Positions 29,761 through 40,267 of a stretch of DNA of 64,000 nucleotides are shown here, piece after piece. The position numbers and the translations under genes are program-made. Each line of letters begins with the position of its first letter. Within the stretch, counting starts at the first letter, position 1. The stretch spans positions 11,050-75,049 of the forward strand of contig JAAYNP010000005.1 of assembly GCA_012520795.1 (NCBI GenBank), written 5' to 3'. Under the pieces are notes generated by a model. That model saw only the letters and a list, made by a program, of their open reading frames with translations, did not search any database and was not told the DNA's origin. The DNA comes from Bacillota bacterium. GTDB lineage: Bacteria > Bacillota > Limnochordia > Darwinibacteriales > DTU012.

Positions 29761-29781
29761 GGATGTTCATGAGGTGATTTC

Positions 29782-30669
29782 ATGCAATGGCAGCTTTTAG
29801 CCGCCCAGCTGATCAACGGGGTTGCTTTGGGAAGCACCTATGCTCTGATTGCATTAGGCTATACAATGGTTTACGGAATCATTCGCCTGATTAATTTTGC
29901 CCATGGCGATATTTTCATGTTGGGCGCTTATTTTGGTTTGATAGCGATCTCGACACTCAAAATTCCGCTGATACCGGCCATGATCCTTTCCATGTGCCTT
30001 GCGGCTCTGGTGGGCATCACTCTGGACCGTGTCGCTTACCGCCCTTTACGCCAATCGCCGCGGATTACGGTGTTGATCACCGCTATTGGCGCCTCACTCT
30101 TAATTCAAAGCTTGGCGCAGCTGATTTTCGGAGCCGAATTCCGTTCGTTTCCGGCAAATGCAATCCCGATTAGGATCATCCGGGTCGGTTCAGTGATTAT
30201 AACCAATCGCCAGATCATTATCTTTGGTACGGCGATCGTTTTAATGGTTCTTTTGCACTTAATCGTCAATTATACCAAGCTTGGCAAGGCAATGCGGGCT
30301 GTATCCATGGATAAAGAAGCTGCGCAGCTGATGGGCATCAATGTCGATGGAGTGATTGCCTTTACTTTTGCTGTTGGTTCTGCTTTGGCAGCCGCTGCTG
30401 GAATCTTGGTTGGCATCCTCTACAACAGCGTTGATCCGTATATGGGTACCCTGCCAGGCTTAAAAGCATTTGTAGCCGCTGTCCTGGGAGGAATCGGCAT
30501 CATTCCCGGTGCTGTTTTCGGAGGATTCTTTATGGGTATTGCCGAAAACTTGGTAGTAGCCTTTGGCTCTTCCACCTACCGGGATGCAGTTGCCTTTGCC
30601 ATCTTAATACTGGTACTACTGATTAAACCAAGTGGTTTATTGGGTAAACGTGTTCAGGAGAAAGTGTAG
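29782..30669 (+). CDS. livH: BCAA ABC transporter permease LivH
   Basis: Multi-TM permease of the LivH family. GAGGTGA SD upstream. Confidence 0.85.
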   Translation: MQWQLLAAQLINGVALGSTYALIALGYTMVYGIIRLINFAHGDIFMLGAYFGLIAISTLKIPLIPAMILSMCLAALVGITLDRVAYRPLRQSPRITVLITAIGASLLIQSLAQLIFGAEFRSFPANAIPIRIIRVGSVIITNRQIIIFGTAIVLMVLLHLIVNYTKLGKAMRAVSMDKEAAQLMGINVDGVIAFTFAVGSALAAAAGILVGILYNSVDPYMGTLPGLKAFVAAVLGGIGIIPGAVFGGFFMGIAENLVVAFGSSTYRDAVAFAILILVLLIKPSGLLGKRVQEKV

Positions 30670-30679
30670 GTGTTTCAAA

Positions 30680-32431
30680 TTGGGGAAACGGAATCTCATA
30701 AGAAATCTCTTAGTCATTGGACTCTTAGCCGGCATATATGCACTAGTGCAGCTGCTTGCAGCCAAGCGAGTGCTTCTTCCCTATGATCTGCAGATTCTGG
30801 GCTTGATCTGTGTCAATATCATGCTTGCTGTGAGCTTAAACCTGATTAATGGTTTTACCGGCCAGTTCTCTATTGGGCACGCCGGTTTTTTTGGTATTGG
30901 GGCGTACGCATCCGCATATTTGACTGTAGTCCATGGTACTCCATTCTTGATCGCGCTGTTAATTGGCGCTGGATTTGCAGCTCTTGTCGGAGTCTTGATT
31001 GGTTTGCCGACCCTGCGGCTGCAGGGAGATTATCTGGCCATTGCCACATTAGGCTTTGGCGAGATTATCCGGGTTGTGATTCTCAACATTCCCAGCATTG
31101 GCGGTGCCAGAGGTTTTTCCGGCATCAGCCGGATGACTACCTTCGGTCACACCTATTTGTTTATGATTCTTACAGTGGTGATCATCAAGAACTTTATCTC
31201 CAGCTATCACGGCAGAGCTTGTATTGCTGTTCGCGAAGACGAACTGGCCAGTGAAGCCTTGGGCATTAACACAACATTTTACAAGGTGAGCGCTTTTACT
31301 ATTGGGGCGTTCTTTGCAGGCCTGGCCGGTGGATTGTTCAGCCACTTTATGGGATACATCAACCCGGCCACAAACCAAATTGGCTTTCTAAAATCGATCG
31401 ACATTCTCATCATGGTTGTTCTGGGTGGTTTAGGCAGTATCACTGGTTCGGTGGGCGCCGCCATCTTCCTTACCTTGATACCAGAACTTCTAAGGGGCCT
31501 GGCCGAATATCGAATGGTAGTTTATCCGATCATCCTCATTTTGGTGATGCTGTTCCGCCCCAGCGGGCTTTTGGGCGGCAAGGAACTGTCCTGGGAAGCA
31601 ATCGCCAATCTCTATTATAAAGTGACGCGCAAGAAACCGGAACAAGATGCGAACACAAGTGCGACTGATTGTCTTCTACAAATCAACAAGCTTTCCGTAA
31701 GCTTTGGTGGCTTGAGGGCAATCTCCAATGTTGATATGTCGGTCTCTGAAGGCGAGCTTGTCGGGCTAATTGGCCCTAACGGCGCCGGGAAAACCACACT
31801 CTTTAACGCTCTGACCGGGCTGTGCCGGCCAACCTCAGGGGAGATTATCTTTTTCGGCCAGAATCTAACAAAGAAACCCGCCCACTATATTTGCCACGAA
31901 GGTATTACGAGGACATTTCAGAACATCCGTCTGTTCAAGTCCTTAACTGCCTTGGAGAATTTGCGCATTGCCTATCATCAAAACATGCATTATTCGTTTT
32001 CGTCCGGTATTTTGCAAACAATAAGAGCCAAGCGGCAGGAAGAGGAAGCTGCCGAGCATGCGTATGCCATGCTTGAGATCGTAGGGCTGACACCATATGC
32101 CCACGAACGGGCAGTGAATCTTTCCTATGGAAATCAGCGCAAACTGGAGATTGCCAGAGCTTTGGTAACCAAACCAAAACTGCTCTTATTGGACGAACCG
32201 GCCGCCGGCATGAATCCCGCTGAAACGCAGGAACTGCTCAACTTAATCCGGTCTTTGCGTTCTGATTTTGGCCTAACGATCATCCTGATTGAACATGATA
32301 TGAACTTGGTGATGAATCTTTGTGAAAGGATTTTTGTCCTTGATTATGGGGTACTCATCGCCCAAGGTTCCGTGGAAGAAGTAAGATCAAACGAACAAGT
32401 CATTCAGGCATATTTGGGAGCTGATGCATAA
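30680..32431 (+). CDS. livMG: LivM permease fused in-frame to LivG ATP-binding protein
   Basis: N-terminal half is a LivM-type permease. From about residue 340 onward it is an ABC ATPase (GPNGAGKTT, LSYGNQRKLEIARAL, LLLDEPAAG) with no intervening stop or independent SD. Start lies between 30632 and 30680. Confidence 0.65.
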   Translation: MGKRNLIRNLLVIGLLAGIYALVQLLAAKRVLLPYDLQILGLICVNIMLAVSLNLINGFTGQFSIGHAGFFGIGAYASAYLTVVHGTPFLIALLIGAGFAALVGVLIGLPTLRLQGDYLAIATLGFGEIIRVVILNIPSIGGARGFSGISRMTTFGHTYLFMILTVVIIKNFISSYHGRACIAVREDELASEALGINTTFYKVSAFTIGAFFAGLAGGLFSHFMGYINPATNQIGFLKSIDILIMVVLGGLGSITGSVGAAIFLTLIPELLRGLAEYRMVVYPIILILVMLFRPSGLLGGKELSWEAIANLYYKVTRKKPEQDANTSATDCLLQINKLSVSFGGLRAISNVDMSVSEGELVGLIGPNGAGKTTLFNALTGLCRPTSGEIIFFGQNLTKKPAHYICHEGITRTFQNIRLFKSLTALENLRIAYHQNMHYSFSSGILQTIRAKRQEEEAAEHAYAMLEIVGLTPYAHERAVNLSYGNQRKLEIARALVTKPKLLLLDEPAAGMNPAETQELLNLIRSLRSDFGLTIILIEHDMNLVMNLCERIFVLDYGVLIAQGSVEEVRSNEQVIQAYLGADA

Positions 32432-33141
32432 TGGAACTGCTAAACGTCAAACAATTGGATGTTCATTATGGTGGGATCCACGCTCTAAAGCAGGTTAGTT
32501 TTTCAATCAATTCAGGCGAAATTGTGACTCTGATCGGAGCCAATGGTGCGGGAAAGTCCACCACTCTACGGGCTATATCCGGATTGGTAGCAAAAAGCCG
32601 CGGTTCGATTGAATTCAAAGGCCAGGATATCACCCAGATGCCGGCACACAAAATCGCCGGTCTAAGGCTGACTCACGTACCTGAAGGCCGAAGGGTCTTT
32701 CCGCACCTGTCGGTAGAGGTTAATCTACAATTAGGCGCCTACTTGCGTAAAGACAAGGAACAAGTCAATCACGATTTGCAGAGAGTGTACACACTGTTCC
32801 CCCGCCTGTTCGAACGCCGCAAGCAGTTAGCCGGCAGTCTCAGCGGTGGCGAACAGCAGATGCTGGCCATGGGCCGCGGTTTGATGAGCAGTCCTGAGCT
32901 GATGCTTCTCGATGAACCTTCAATGGGCTTGGCACCTCTTTTAGTCAAGGAAATCTTTCGGGTGATTGTCGAAATCAACCGCGCAGGGACAACGATCCTC
33001 TTGGTTGAACAGAACGCCAAAATGGCCTTAACGATCGCAGACAGGGCTTATGTATTGGAGAATGGCGCCATTAAGCTCAGCGGGACTGCTGCCGAGCTTA
33101 TCCAGGATGAACGGGTCAGAAAAGCCTATTTCGGCGGATAA
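32431..33141 (+). CDS. livF: BCAA ABC transporter ATP-binding protein LivF
   Basis: GANGAGKST, LSGGEQQMLAMGRGL and LLDEPSMGL motifs. ATG overlaps the upstream stop (TAATG). Confidence 0.85.
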   Translation: MELLNVKQLDVHYGGIHALKQVSFSINSGEIVTLIGANGAGKSTTLRAISGLVAKSRGSIEFKGQDITQMPAHKIAGLRLTHVPEGRRVFPHLSVEVNLQLGAYLRKDKEQVNHDLQRVYTLFPRLFERRKQLAGSLSGGEQQMLAMGRGLMSSPELMLLDEPSMGLAPLLVKEIFRVIVEINRAGTTILLVEQNAKMALTIADRAYVLENGAIKLSGTAAELIQDERVRKAYFGG

Positions 33142-33142
33142 A

Positions 33143-33172
33143 CCCAAGGGCAACTCCCTTGGGCTTTTTCTT
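33143..33172. terminator. intrinsic terminator after livF
   Basis: CCCAAGGG-caact-CCCTTGGG followed by CTTTTTCTT. It overlaps the stop of the convergent exonuclease gene. Confidence 0.75.
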
Positions 33173-33845
33173 ACACTACCAAACGCTGATTGCAGCTTGT
33201 GCCGTTGACACATATCAGCTCTCTTTTTCCGTGTTCAACCACCAATCGCATCGCAGAGCGGCATTGAGGGCAACCGTGGGTCATTGCCCGGGGATAACGT
33301 ATGGGTGACATGCCGCGGGCATATGCCTCCAGGTGCCGATAAACCTGAACCAACAGCAGGACATCATCCTTTGCCCGGTGTGAATTGGCGAATTCCCGGT
33401 CAAGCCGAAAGTGGTACATCAAATTCCTCAGCTTATGGCTGCCTTCACCACCCGGATAAATGCACAGTTTGGGGAACAATTGACGGCTTATTTCCAAGGT
33501 ATCTATGCCTTTTCCGTGTAATGGACGACAGTTGTTGCGCTTGAACATGGAAACCAAGAAACGGCGGTCGAAGTCTAGGTTGTGAGCGACTACGATCGCT
33601 TCACCAATAAACTCCCGAATTGCACATGCTGCATCCTGTTCCCGCGGTGCATGCCGCACATCATCATCAGTGATTCCGGTTAGCGAGGTTATCTCCTTGG
33701 GAATCGCCCGTTCAGGATTGATCATAGTATGGTACTCTTCAACATTTCCACTGTCGGACACCTTCAGCATGTAAATCTCCACAACACGGTCCCGATACCC
33801 GTTCAAGCCGGTTGTCTCTACATCCAGAAATACTAAAGTCTCCAT
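33171..33845 (-). CDS. DEDDh (DnaQ/epsilon-like) 3'-5' exonuclease with C-terminal zinc ribbon
   Basis: Exo motifs FLDVETTG, VVAHNLDFD and HRAKDD, followed by CPQC...C-x2-C. AAGGAGG lies 6 nt before the ATG at 33845. Confidence 0.65.
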   Translation of the reverse strand: METLVFLDVETTGLNGYRDRVVEIYMLKVSDSGNVEEYHTMINPERAIPKEITSLTGITDDDVRHAPREQDAACAIREFIGEAIVVAHNLDFDRRFLVSMFKRNNCRPLHGKGIDTLEISRQLFPKLCIYPGGEGSHKLRNLMYHFRLDREFANSHRAKDDVLLLVQVYRHLEAYARGMSPIRYPRAMTHGCPQCRSAMRLVVEHGKRELICVNGTSCNQRLVV

Positions 33846-33944
33846 GGCCGCCTCCTTTGCCTTAGTATTCTTGATCAATTGCCTATTTCCTCCATGATAA
33901 CCCCGGCACAACCTGGTAAAGATAGCACAGAGAGGAGGCGGCAC

Positions 33945-34985
33945 ATGCAGTATGCAGCAAAAGCCTTTCTATTGCGGCGCTACCTGTCTACATTTGGGCT
34001 AGTTAAAAAAAGGCTTGAATTCTGGAAGCGGCTTGCCGGAAAACTTCCGTCGGAGCTGCAAAAACAAGCCTTGGCAAGTATTGAAGCAAAAGCGTTCCAT
34101 TGTCTTGGAGGGGCAGTATATGCTGTCTATCCGCAGGTACCCTTGGAGATAATGCTTGATGCAATCGTGGCGCTGCAAACAATCAGCGATTATCTGGACA
34201 ATCTTTGTGATCGGATGCAGGTCAATGATGAACAGGCTTTTCAACAGCTCCATCTTAGTTTCGCTCACGCTCTTGACCCAAGTGCCCCTCTCGTTGATTA
34301 CTACAGCCATTACCCATACAGGGAGTCAGTCTATCTTACAGCACTGGTGGAAACCTGCCGTCAGCAAATTAGGCAAATGCCCTACTATGCAGAATACAAA
34401 CCATTGATCAGCCGGCTGGCCAGTTACTACTGCAGGCTGCAGGTTCTAAAACATCTAAGCCCTTCCGGCCCCAGCCGTCTTGAACAATGGGTAAACCAGG
34501 CCTTGATCAACAGCAGTACTCCGCTGTTATGGAACGAATGGGCCGCAGCGGCAGGCTCCACCTTAGGCATTTTTTGCTGCTTTGCAGCAAGCTTTCACCG
34601 ATATCCTGCCACTGTGCGCAAAAGGATGTACCAAGCATACTTTCCGTGGATCCAAAGCCTGCACATCCTCTTGGATTATTTTATAGACCGCCAGGAGGAT
34701 CAGGCCCATGGCGATCTCAATTTTACCTTCTACCATGCCAATCATGAACATGCTATCAGCCGCATTGGTTCTATTTACCGAACTTGTAAAGCCCAGGTTG
34801 CGTCTTTGCCCCACTCCTTTTTCCACCAGTTGGTACTCGACGGTTTAACCGCCATGTACGGATCCGATCCAAAGCTGCGCCGCCAAGGATTTGTTCCATC
34901 CTACTCCAGATTGCTTGATTCGTTTACCCCAAGGCTGCTTCTCAGGGCATGCAGATTCTTTAGAACCGTTGGGATCCTCCCTTAA
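33945..34985 (+). CDS. DUF2600-family protein (YtpB-like tetraprenyl-beta-curcumene synthase?)
   Basis: Helical protein with a DYLDNLCD Asp-rich motif. It is convergent with a polyprenyl synthase gene. GAGGAGG SD upstream. Confidence 0.45.
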   Translation: MQYAAKAFLLRRYLSTFGLVKKRLEFWKRLAGKLPSELQKQALASIEAKAFHCLGGAVYAVYPQVPLEIMLDAIVALQTISDYLDNLCDRMQVNDEQAFQQLHLSFAHALDPSAPLVDYYSHYPYRESVYLTALVETCRQQIRQMPYYAEYKPLISRLASYYCRLQVLKHLSPSGPSRLEQWVNQALINSSTPLLWNEWAAAAGSTLGIFCCFAASFHRYPATVRKRMYQAYFPWIQSLHILLDYFIDRQEDQAHGDLNFTFYHANHEHAISRIGSIYRTCKAQVASLPHSFFHQLVLDGLTAMYGSDPKLRRQGFVPSYSRLLDSFTPRLLLRACRFFRTVGILP

Positions 34986-35926
34986 CAGCTTCGGATCCCT
35001 ATGAATTCTGCCAGAGCCTTTAACTGTTTTCTGGCCATGTTATCCGCAAACTCATCCAGAATTGATAAGGCCTGCCCGACATAAAACTGGGCTTCTTTCT
35101 TAATGTCTGACAGAATGCCTTCTCCTGCCAGCAAATTTCTCGCATCCTCAAAGGTCAGTGTTTGGCGCCAGTCAGAAGAGAGAATACCCTGTTTCACTCC
35201 GCGAATGATCGGCAGTGTCCAAATGCCCAACATGAAATCGTTACCAACATTTTTCCCTGTGACGGATGCATGATCTGAGTAATCCAGCAAATCATCGGTC
35301 AGCTGATATGCATAACCAAGCGCCAAACCAAACTTGCCCATCATTGTGACTGCTTTTTGGTCAACATGTTCGGTGATCATCGCACCGATCTCGCAAACAG
35401 CCTGAATGAAGTAAGCTGTTTTTTGATAGATGTAGCGCCAATAATGGGCTTCATCACATCCTGGATTCATCAACTGCTGGATTTCCCCTTCACACATCTG
35501 AGTAATTACCCCTGTCAGCACTGAGAGCACCTGGTTCGGCTTGTGCTGTGTTAACAGCATAAATGCCTTGGCAAACAAGTAATCACCCGCCAGCACTGCA
35601 GCCTGTGGGCCAAAACGCCTTTGCACTGTGAGAGCGTTTCTCCTTAGATCCGACTGATCAACAATGTCATCGTGAATCAAAGAAGCGATGTGGATAAGCT
35701 CTATTCCTGCCGCCACATCCAAAACAACACTTGAGTCAGTACCTCCACACATCTCGTATACCAATGACAAAAGGATCGGCCGAATCATTTTGCCGTTGGT
35801 CTGCTGTATATATGCCAAGATTTCTTCAATACTGCCTTCTCCTGACAGCACTTCCCCAAGTTTTTCCTGAACTCGTGCCACGAATGGTGCCAATTCCATA
35901 ACTGCGGTTTCTGGTGCATATTTCAT
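34982..35926 (-). CDS. trans-polyprenyl diphosphate synthase (HepT-like)
   Basis: First DDxxD motif LIHDDIVD and second motif DDLLDY. Confidence 0.75.
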   Translation of the reverse strand: MKYAPETAVMELAPFVARVQEKLGEVLSGEGSIEEILAYIQQTNGKMIRPILLSLVYEMCGGTDSSVVLDVAAGIELIHIASLIHDDIVDQSDLRRNALTVQRRFGPQAAVLAGDYLFAKAFMLLTQHKPNQVLSVLTGVITQMCEGEIQQLMNPGCDEAHYWRYIYQKTAYFIQAVCEIGAMITEHVDQKAVTMMGKFGLALGYAYQLTDDLLDYSDHASVTGKNVGNDFMLGIWTLPIIRGVKQGILSSDWRQTLTFEDARNLLAGEGILSDIKKEAQFYVGQALSILDEFADNMARKQLKALAEFIGIRSC

Positions 35927-35945
35927 CGAGAGCCAAGGTTCCTTT

Positions 35946-37210
35946 CTACTCTGATTGAAAATCTGCGATCCGTTTTTCGCCTGTCAACTCTCTTAAAGGC
36001 TGGATATTCTGTGTTACCTCTAGTGTGCCCAAATACTGGTTTTGATCATCATAAACGGCGAAATAGCGGATGTGAATAAACATACCCCGGCTTAGGATTT
36101 TGTTGACTATGTGGACGCTCGCAGGTGGATGGCAGTTTTGGACGCTGCGGCCGATCACTGCCGGTGTGTGGTCAAAAATCCGTCCCTTCCCTGAGAGAAA
36201 TAGCGTACTTGATCGTTTTGATCGACAAAGGTGATATCGAAAGGCAAAGTGTTAAAAATCCTGGTGATCTCATCCGCAGACAAAAAACCTTGGCCAATCT
36301 CCAGCAAGCCTGCGGGAACCTGCCCGTGCCATGGCCGCTGGGGCCTTGATTCTGCTTCTGATTCTGCCTCTTTTAAATCTGCTTCCCCATCCTCCTCAGT
36401 ATCACCCTTTGCCAAATCCTCATAAGAAATGATCGCATAGCCTATCTCCCCACTTTGATTGGCAATCTCCTGCCATTCCTGATCGGTCAATAGCTCCAGG
36501 CACATTGGAAACAGGATGTTCTCTTCCTTATAGATCATCTCTTTTATCGAATTGAGGCATGGTTTGACAAGCTCCGCTATCTGCCGGGTTAAGCCCCGAT
36601 CAGCTATCCTGGTCTCAGCAATCATCTTTTGCAGATGTTTTAGCTAAGCCCGTATTTGATCATGGATCCCCCACATCACTGATGGCGGACCAGTAATCCC
36701 GTTTTTCTCCAGGTAAGGAAAGAAAATGTTTTCTTTCCGGCGGTAATGCTTATCAATTTCCATCAACCGCTGATGAAAGGCATGCCACTTCTGCATCTGT
36801 TTGGCAATATCACTACCAACAGCAGCAGCCGCAATCTGATCGGTTATGGTGTCAATCTGGTTAATTAAACCGGCAATAGCCCGGTTTTCAGCCTTAAACA
36901 CTTCCACCGGATGAAGCTCTGTTTCAGAAGCAGCTATGGAATGTTCCACAGCAGTGTTCAACTGCTGATCCAGCGTTTCGCGAACCACCGCGACATGGAC
37001 ATCACATAATGCTTGAATTTCCTCTACCGGCATGCCTTCATCAATCAGCGCCTGCTCCATCTCTGAAATCTCTGATGGTGAAACAGCTTCACCCAGCAAG
37101 GATTTGAACCTTCGTTTTACCCCCTCAAGATCAGCGTCGACATGCAAATTTTTAATGATCGCTTTCAGCTTTTCCTGACGCTTTTGGCGGTTATTAATCA
37201 ACTCACTCAC
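35946..37210 (-). pseudogene. DUF438/DUF1858 hemerythrin-like, PAS-containing protein gene, disrupted
   Basis: Three collinear ORF pieces. There is an in-frame TAG at 36644-36646 (...IHDQIRA*LKHLQKMIAET...) and a 1-nt frameshift in a G-run near 36170-36185 (YFSQG|KGRIFDHTPAVIGR). The pieces together cover a full-length homolog. Confidence 0.55.
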
Positions 37211-37406
37211 CTGGACATCCCCCTTATTTATAACTTATTTACTTATATTTATCTATTTGGCATTATGCCTCCTTTCTCCTGCCAAACTCTAACCATAGTG
37301 TGTCAAAAATCGGTAAAAAACCAATGCAAATGGAAGGAGATCATAAAAAGCACAACCGGAGGATATACTAACATTACACAAGAAACCTTAGACAAGGAGG
37401 TAAACA

Positions 37407-37688
37407 ATGTACCAGTATGAAGCTCAAAGAGGGATGCGGATGAGTGAACCTCCCCAGATAATTACAACAAAAGACCTGCTCTACTTGGAGGATGCCCTAT
37501 CATGGGAGCTTTTGGCCAGCAAGAAGGCCTACCATTTTGCTGCTGAGAGTCAGGATCCCATAATCAGGCAGCACCTGGAGCATCTTGCCAGTGTGCACCA
37601 ACAGCACTATCAAACTCTGCTTAAACATCTGCAAACCCACAGTCAGCAGCAGAGCACCCAGTACCAGAATAATCAATACAGAAATTAA
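37407..37688 (+). CDS. Coat_F-like spore coat protein, Q-rich C-terminus
   Basis: AAGGAGG SD upstream. Coat F-like helical domain (KDLLYLEDALSWELLASKKAYHFAAES...). Confidence 0.5.
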   Translation: MYQYEAQRGMRMSEPPQIITTKDLLYLEDALSWELLASKKAYHFAAESQDPIIRQHLEHLASVHQQHYQTLLKHLQTHSQQQSTQYQNNQYRN

Positions 37689-37701
37689 AGGAGGAACGGC
37701 A

Positions 37702-38184
37702 ATGCTCGATCAGAATCAACGCTGGCCCGGAAATCAAGAGTACTACTCCGGCCACCAACAGTCTGCATTCCCGCAGCAGAGCCATGAAAACCAGCCCTAT
37801 TTCAATCAACCGGCGAGCCAGGTCAGTATTAAGAATCCCCAAGCCGGCCAGCTGCCAAAAGTCAAAGGCCCCGAAATGAACGATCGGGACCGCTTAAATG
37901 ATATGCTGGCAACCGAGAAATATTTGACAGACAATTTCAATGTTTTCGTCCGGGAAGCCAGCTATACCCAACTCCACCGCGATGTGAGCCAAATCCTGAA
38001 TCAAACCCATCAGGAAGCCCGTAATCTGTTCACTTTCATGTTTAACCAAGGATGGTATTCCCTACAGGCAGAATCGGCCCAACAAATTGCTCAGGCCGCC
38101 CAGCAGTTTGGCAATTACCAAACTCAGTTTGCCCACAATCAACAATCATCATCTATGCAAACCTATCAAAACCCAGTGTTTTAG
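37702..38184 (+). CDS. spore coat protein F (CotF)-like, Q/N-rich N-terminus
   Basis: AAAGGAGG SD upstream. Coat_F domain NDRDRLNDMLATEKYLTDNFNVFVREAS. Confidence 0.6.
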   Translation: MLDQNQRWPGNQEYYSGHQQSAFPQQSHENQPYFNQPASQVSIKNPQAGQLPKVKGPEMNDRDRLNDMLATEKYLTDNFNVFVREASYTQLHRDVSQILNQTHQEARNLFTFMFNQGWYSLQAESAQQIAQAAQQFGNYQTQFAHNQQSSSMQTYQNPVF

Positions 38185-38198
38185 AAATTCACAAGAGC

Positions 38199-38230
38199 AA
38201 AAAAAACTGAGGCTGCAGCTGCAGCCTCAG
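38199..38230 (-). terminator. terminator for tkt (minus strand)
   Basis: 24-nt perfect palindrome CTGAGGCTGCAGCTGCAGCCTCAG followed on the minus strand by TTTTTTTT. Confidence 0.7.
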
Positions 38231-38257
38231 CGCGTATGGTTCAATCACACCATAGTT

Positions 38258-40231
38258 TTAATCCAGCAGCTTTCCGGCTTCCTTCGCCAGGTTCTCCGGT
38301 GTAAATCCGAAGAATGCACCAACTTCATTGGCCTTGCCGCTCCGGCCGAACTGGTCTAGAGAGAATACACGGATCTTTATACCGGAACAGACGCTGTACC
38401 ATCCAGTGCCAACGCCAACTTCAACCGCCAGCACCGGTTTGTCTGGCGGAATAACCTCATTGCGGTAAGCCTGTTCTTGAGCGTAGAATTCCTCACGGCA
38501 AGGAATCGAAACAACCCTGACTCCATAACCTTCCTGCTCCAACAGTTTGGCCGTATCCACAGCCAAGCTCACTTCACTTCCTGCAGCCACAATCGTCAGA
38601 TCCAAGTCACTCTGCTCTGCATAAACCACATATCCACCCTTGTCCATATTGGCCGGATCATGTTTTGGCAGTACAGGAAGCGCTTGACGCGTCAATACCA
38701 GTGCACTGGGGCCTTCCAGCCTTCTTAAAGCTGCCAGCCAAGCATGTACTGCTTCATCAGCATCTGCAGGCCTGTATACCCATAGATTCGGAATCAACCG
38801 CAGAGACTCAGTTTGTTCCACCGGTTGATGCGTCGGCCCGTCCTCACCGACATAGATCGAATCGTGGGTAAAGACATAGATCACCGGCTGCCGCATCATC
38901 GCCGCCAAACGTATTGCCGGGCGGAGATAGTCGGAGAATACAAGGAATGTGCCACCAAAAATCCTGAACCCACCAGTAAGGCTGATCCCATTCATAACTG
39001 CTCCCATAGCGTGTTCACGAATGCCAAAATTGAAATTGCGCCCGGAGAAATCCCCTGCCTTGATGCTGCCGCCGCCTTCTATGTGAGTGTTGTTAGACGG
39101 TGCCAAATCTGCCGAGCCGCCAATCAAATATGGAATTTCCTTGGCGAGGGCATTGATCGTCTTTCCACTCACAGCCCGAGTGGCAATCTTATCTCCAACC
39201 TGGTATTTTGGCATTTTTTCAGCCAAATCCTGCGGCAGTTGTTGTTCAAATGCCTGATCCCACTCCTTGGCCAGATCAGGGTACTTCTCTCTCCATTCAT
39301 TATAGAGCCTGGTCCATTCGTGCTCCAGTGATTGCCCTTTATCTATCACTTGTGCCCGCATCTGGACAGCTTCTTCCGAAACATAAAACTCACTTTCCGG
39401 CAGGCCAAGCGCTTTCTTCATAGCTGCTATCTCATCCTTGCCCAATGCAGCACCGTGGACTCCTGCACTGCCTGCCTTAGTGGGCGCGCCGTGACCAATG
39501 TTGGTCGCAGCAATAATCAGGCTGGGACGCCCTTTCTCCTGCTTGGCAGCGCCAATCGCTTCTTTAATCTGATCGATGTCGTGCCCATCTATCTCCTGCA
39601 CATGCCAACCGTAAGCTCTATAGCGGTCTTTGACAGACTCGGTGAAAGCCAGTTCCGTACTGCCTTCGATTGTAATCTTATTCGAGTCATAGATCACGAT
39701 TAATTTGTCGAGCTTTAGGTGGCCGGCAAAAGAAGACGCTTCAGAAACGATTCCTTCCATCACACAACCGTCACTGCACAAAACATATGTATAATAATCC
39801 ACAATTGGGTATCCCGGCCGATTGAACCGCGCAGCGAGCATCCGCTCGGCGACAGCCATCCCAACCGCATTGGCAAACCCTTGCCCCAAGGGCCCCGTAG
39901 TAGTCTCGATCCCGTCAGCATGGCCATATTCAGGATGGCCTGCCGTTTTGGCATGCAGTTGCCGAAAACTCTTCAAATCGTCAAGAGACAGATCATAGCC
40001 GCTTAAGTGCAGCAAGGAATACAGCAGCATGGATGCATGCCCGGCGGACAATATGAAGCGGTCCCTGTTTGGCCATTTGGGATTAAGCGGGCTGTGTCGT
40101 AAAACATCGAAGTATAAAACAGAGCCGATCTCGGCACAACCGAGAGGCATTCCCGGATGGCCGGACCCAGCCTTTTCCACTCCGTCAGCTGACAATCCCC
40201 TGATAATATTGGCCATGTGCTTTAAGTTCAT
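38258..40231 (-). CDS. tkt: transketolase
   Basis: 657 aa with TPP-binding motifs ([17 protein letters not shown]). Confidence 0.9.
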   Translation of the reverse strand: MNLKHMANIIRGLSADGVEKAGSGHPGMPLGCAEIGSVLYFDVLRHSPLNPKWPNRDRFILSAGHASMLLYSLLHLSGYDLSLDDLKSFRQLHAKTAGHPEYGHADGIETTTGPLGQGFANAVGMAVAERMLAARFNRPGYPIVDYYTYVLCSDGCVMEGIVSEASSFAGHLKLDKLIVIYDSNKITIEGSTELAFTESVKDRYRAYGWHVQEIDGHDIDQIKEAIGAAKQEKGRPSLIIAATNIGHGAPTKAGSAGVHGAALGKDEIAAMKKALGLPESEFYVSEEAVQMRAQVIDKGQSLEHEWTRLYNEWREKYPDLAKEWDQAFEQQLPQDLAEKMPKYQVGDKIATRAVSGKTINALAKEIPYLIGGSADLAPSNNTHIEGGGSIKAGDFSGRNFNFGIREHAMGAVMNGISLTGGFRIFGGTFLVFSDYLRPAIRLAAMMRQPVIYVFTHDSIYVGEDGPTHQPVEQTESLRLIPNLWVYRPADADEAVHAWLAALRRLEGPSALVLTRQALPVLPKHDPANMDKGGYVVYAEQSDLDLTIVAAGSEVSLAVDTAKLLEQEGYGVRVVSIPCREEFYAQEQAYRNEVIPPDKPVLAVEVGVGTGWYSVCSGIKIRVFSLDQFGRSGKANEVGAFFGFTPENLAKEAGKLLD

Positions 40232-40267
40232 CTACGCTCACCCTTATCTCATTTTTTTGTATTCAAG

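Noticed and set aside
36644-36646. In-frame TAG as pyrrolysine in the DUF438 gene
   Set aside because: The same gene also has a frameshift ~470 nt downstream, and the gene family is not a methylamine methyltransferase. A pseudogene is more parsimonious. This cannot be excluded without pyl gene information.
38199-38230. 24-nt perfect palindrome as a protein-binding site
   Set aside because: It sits immediately downstream of tkt with a U-tract on the tkt strand. It is best explained as an intrinsic terminator.
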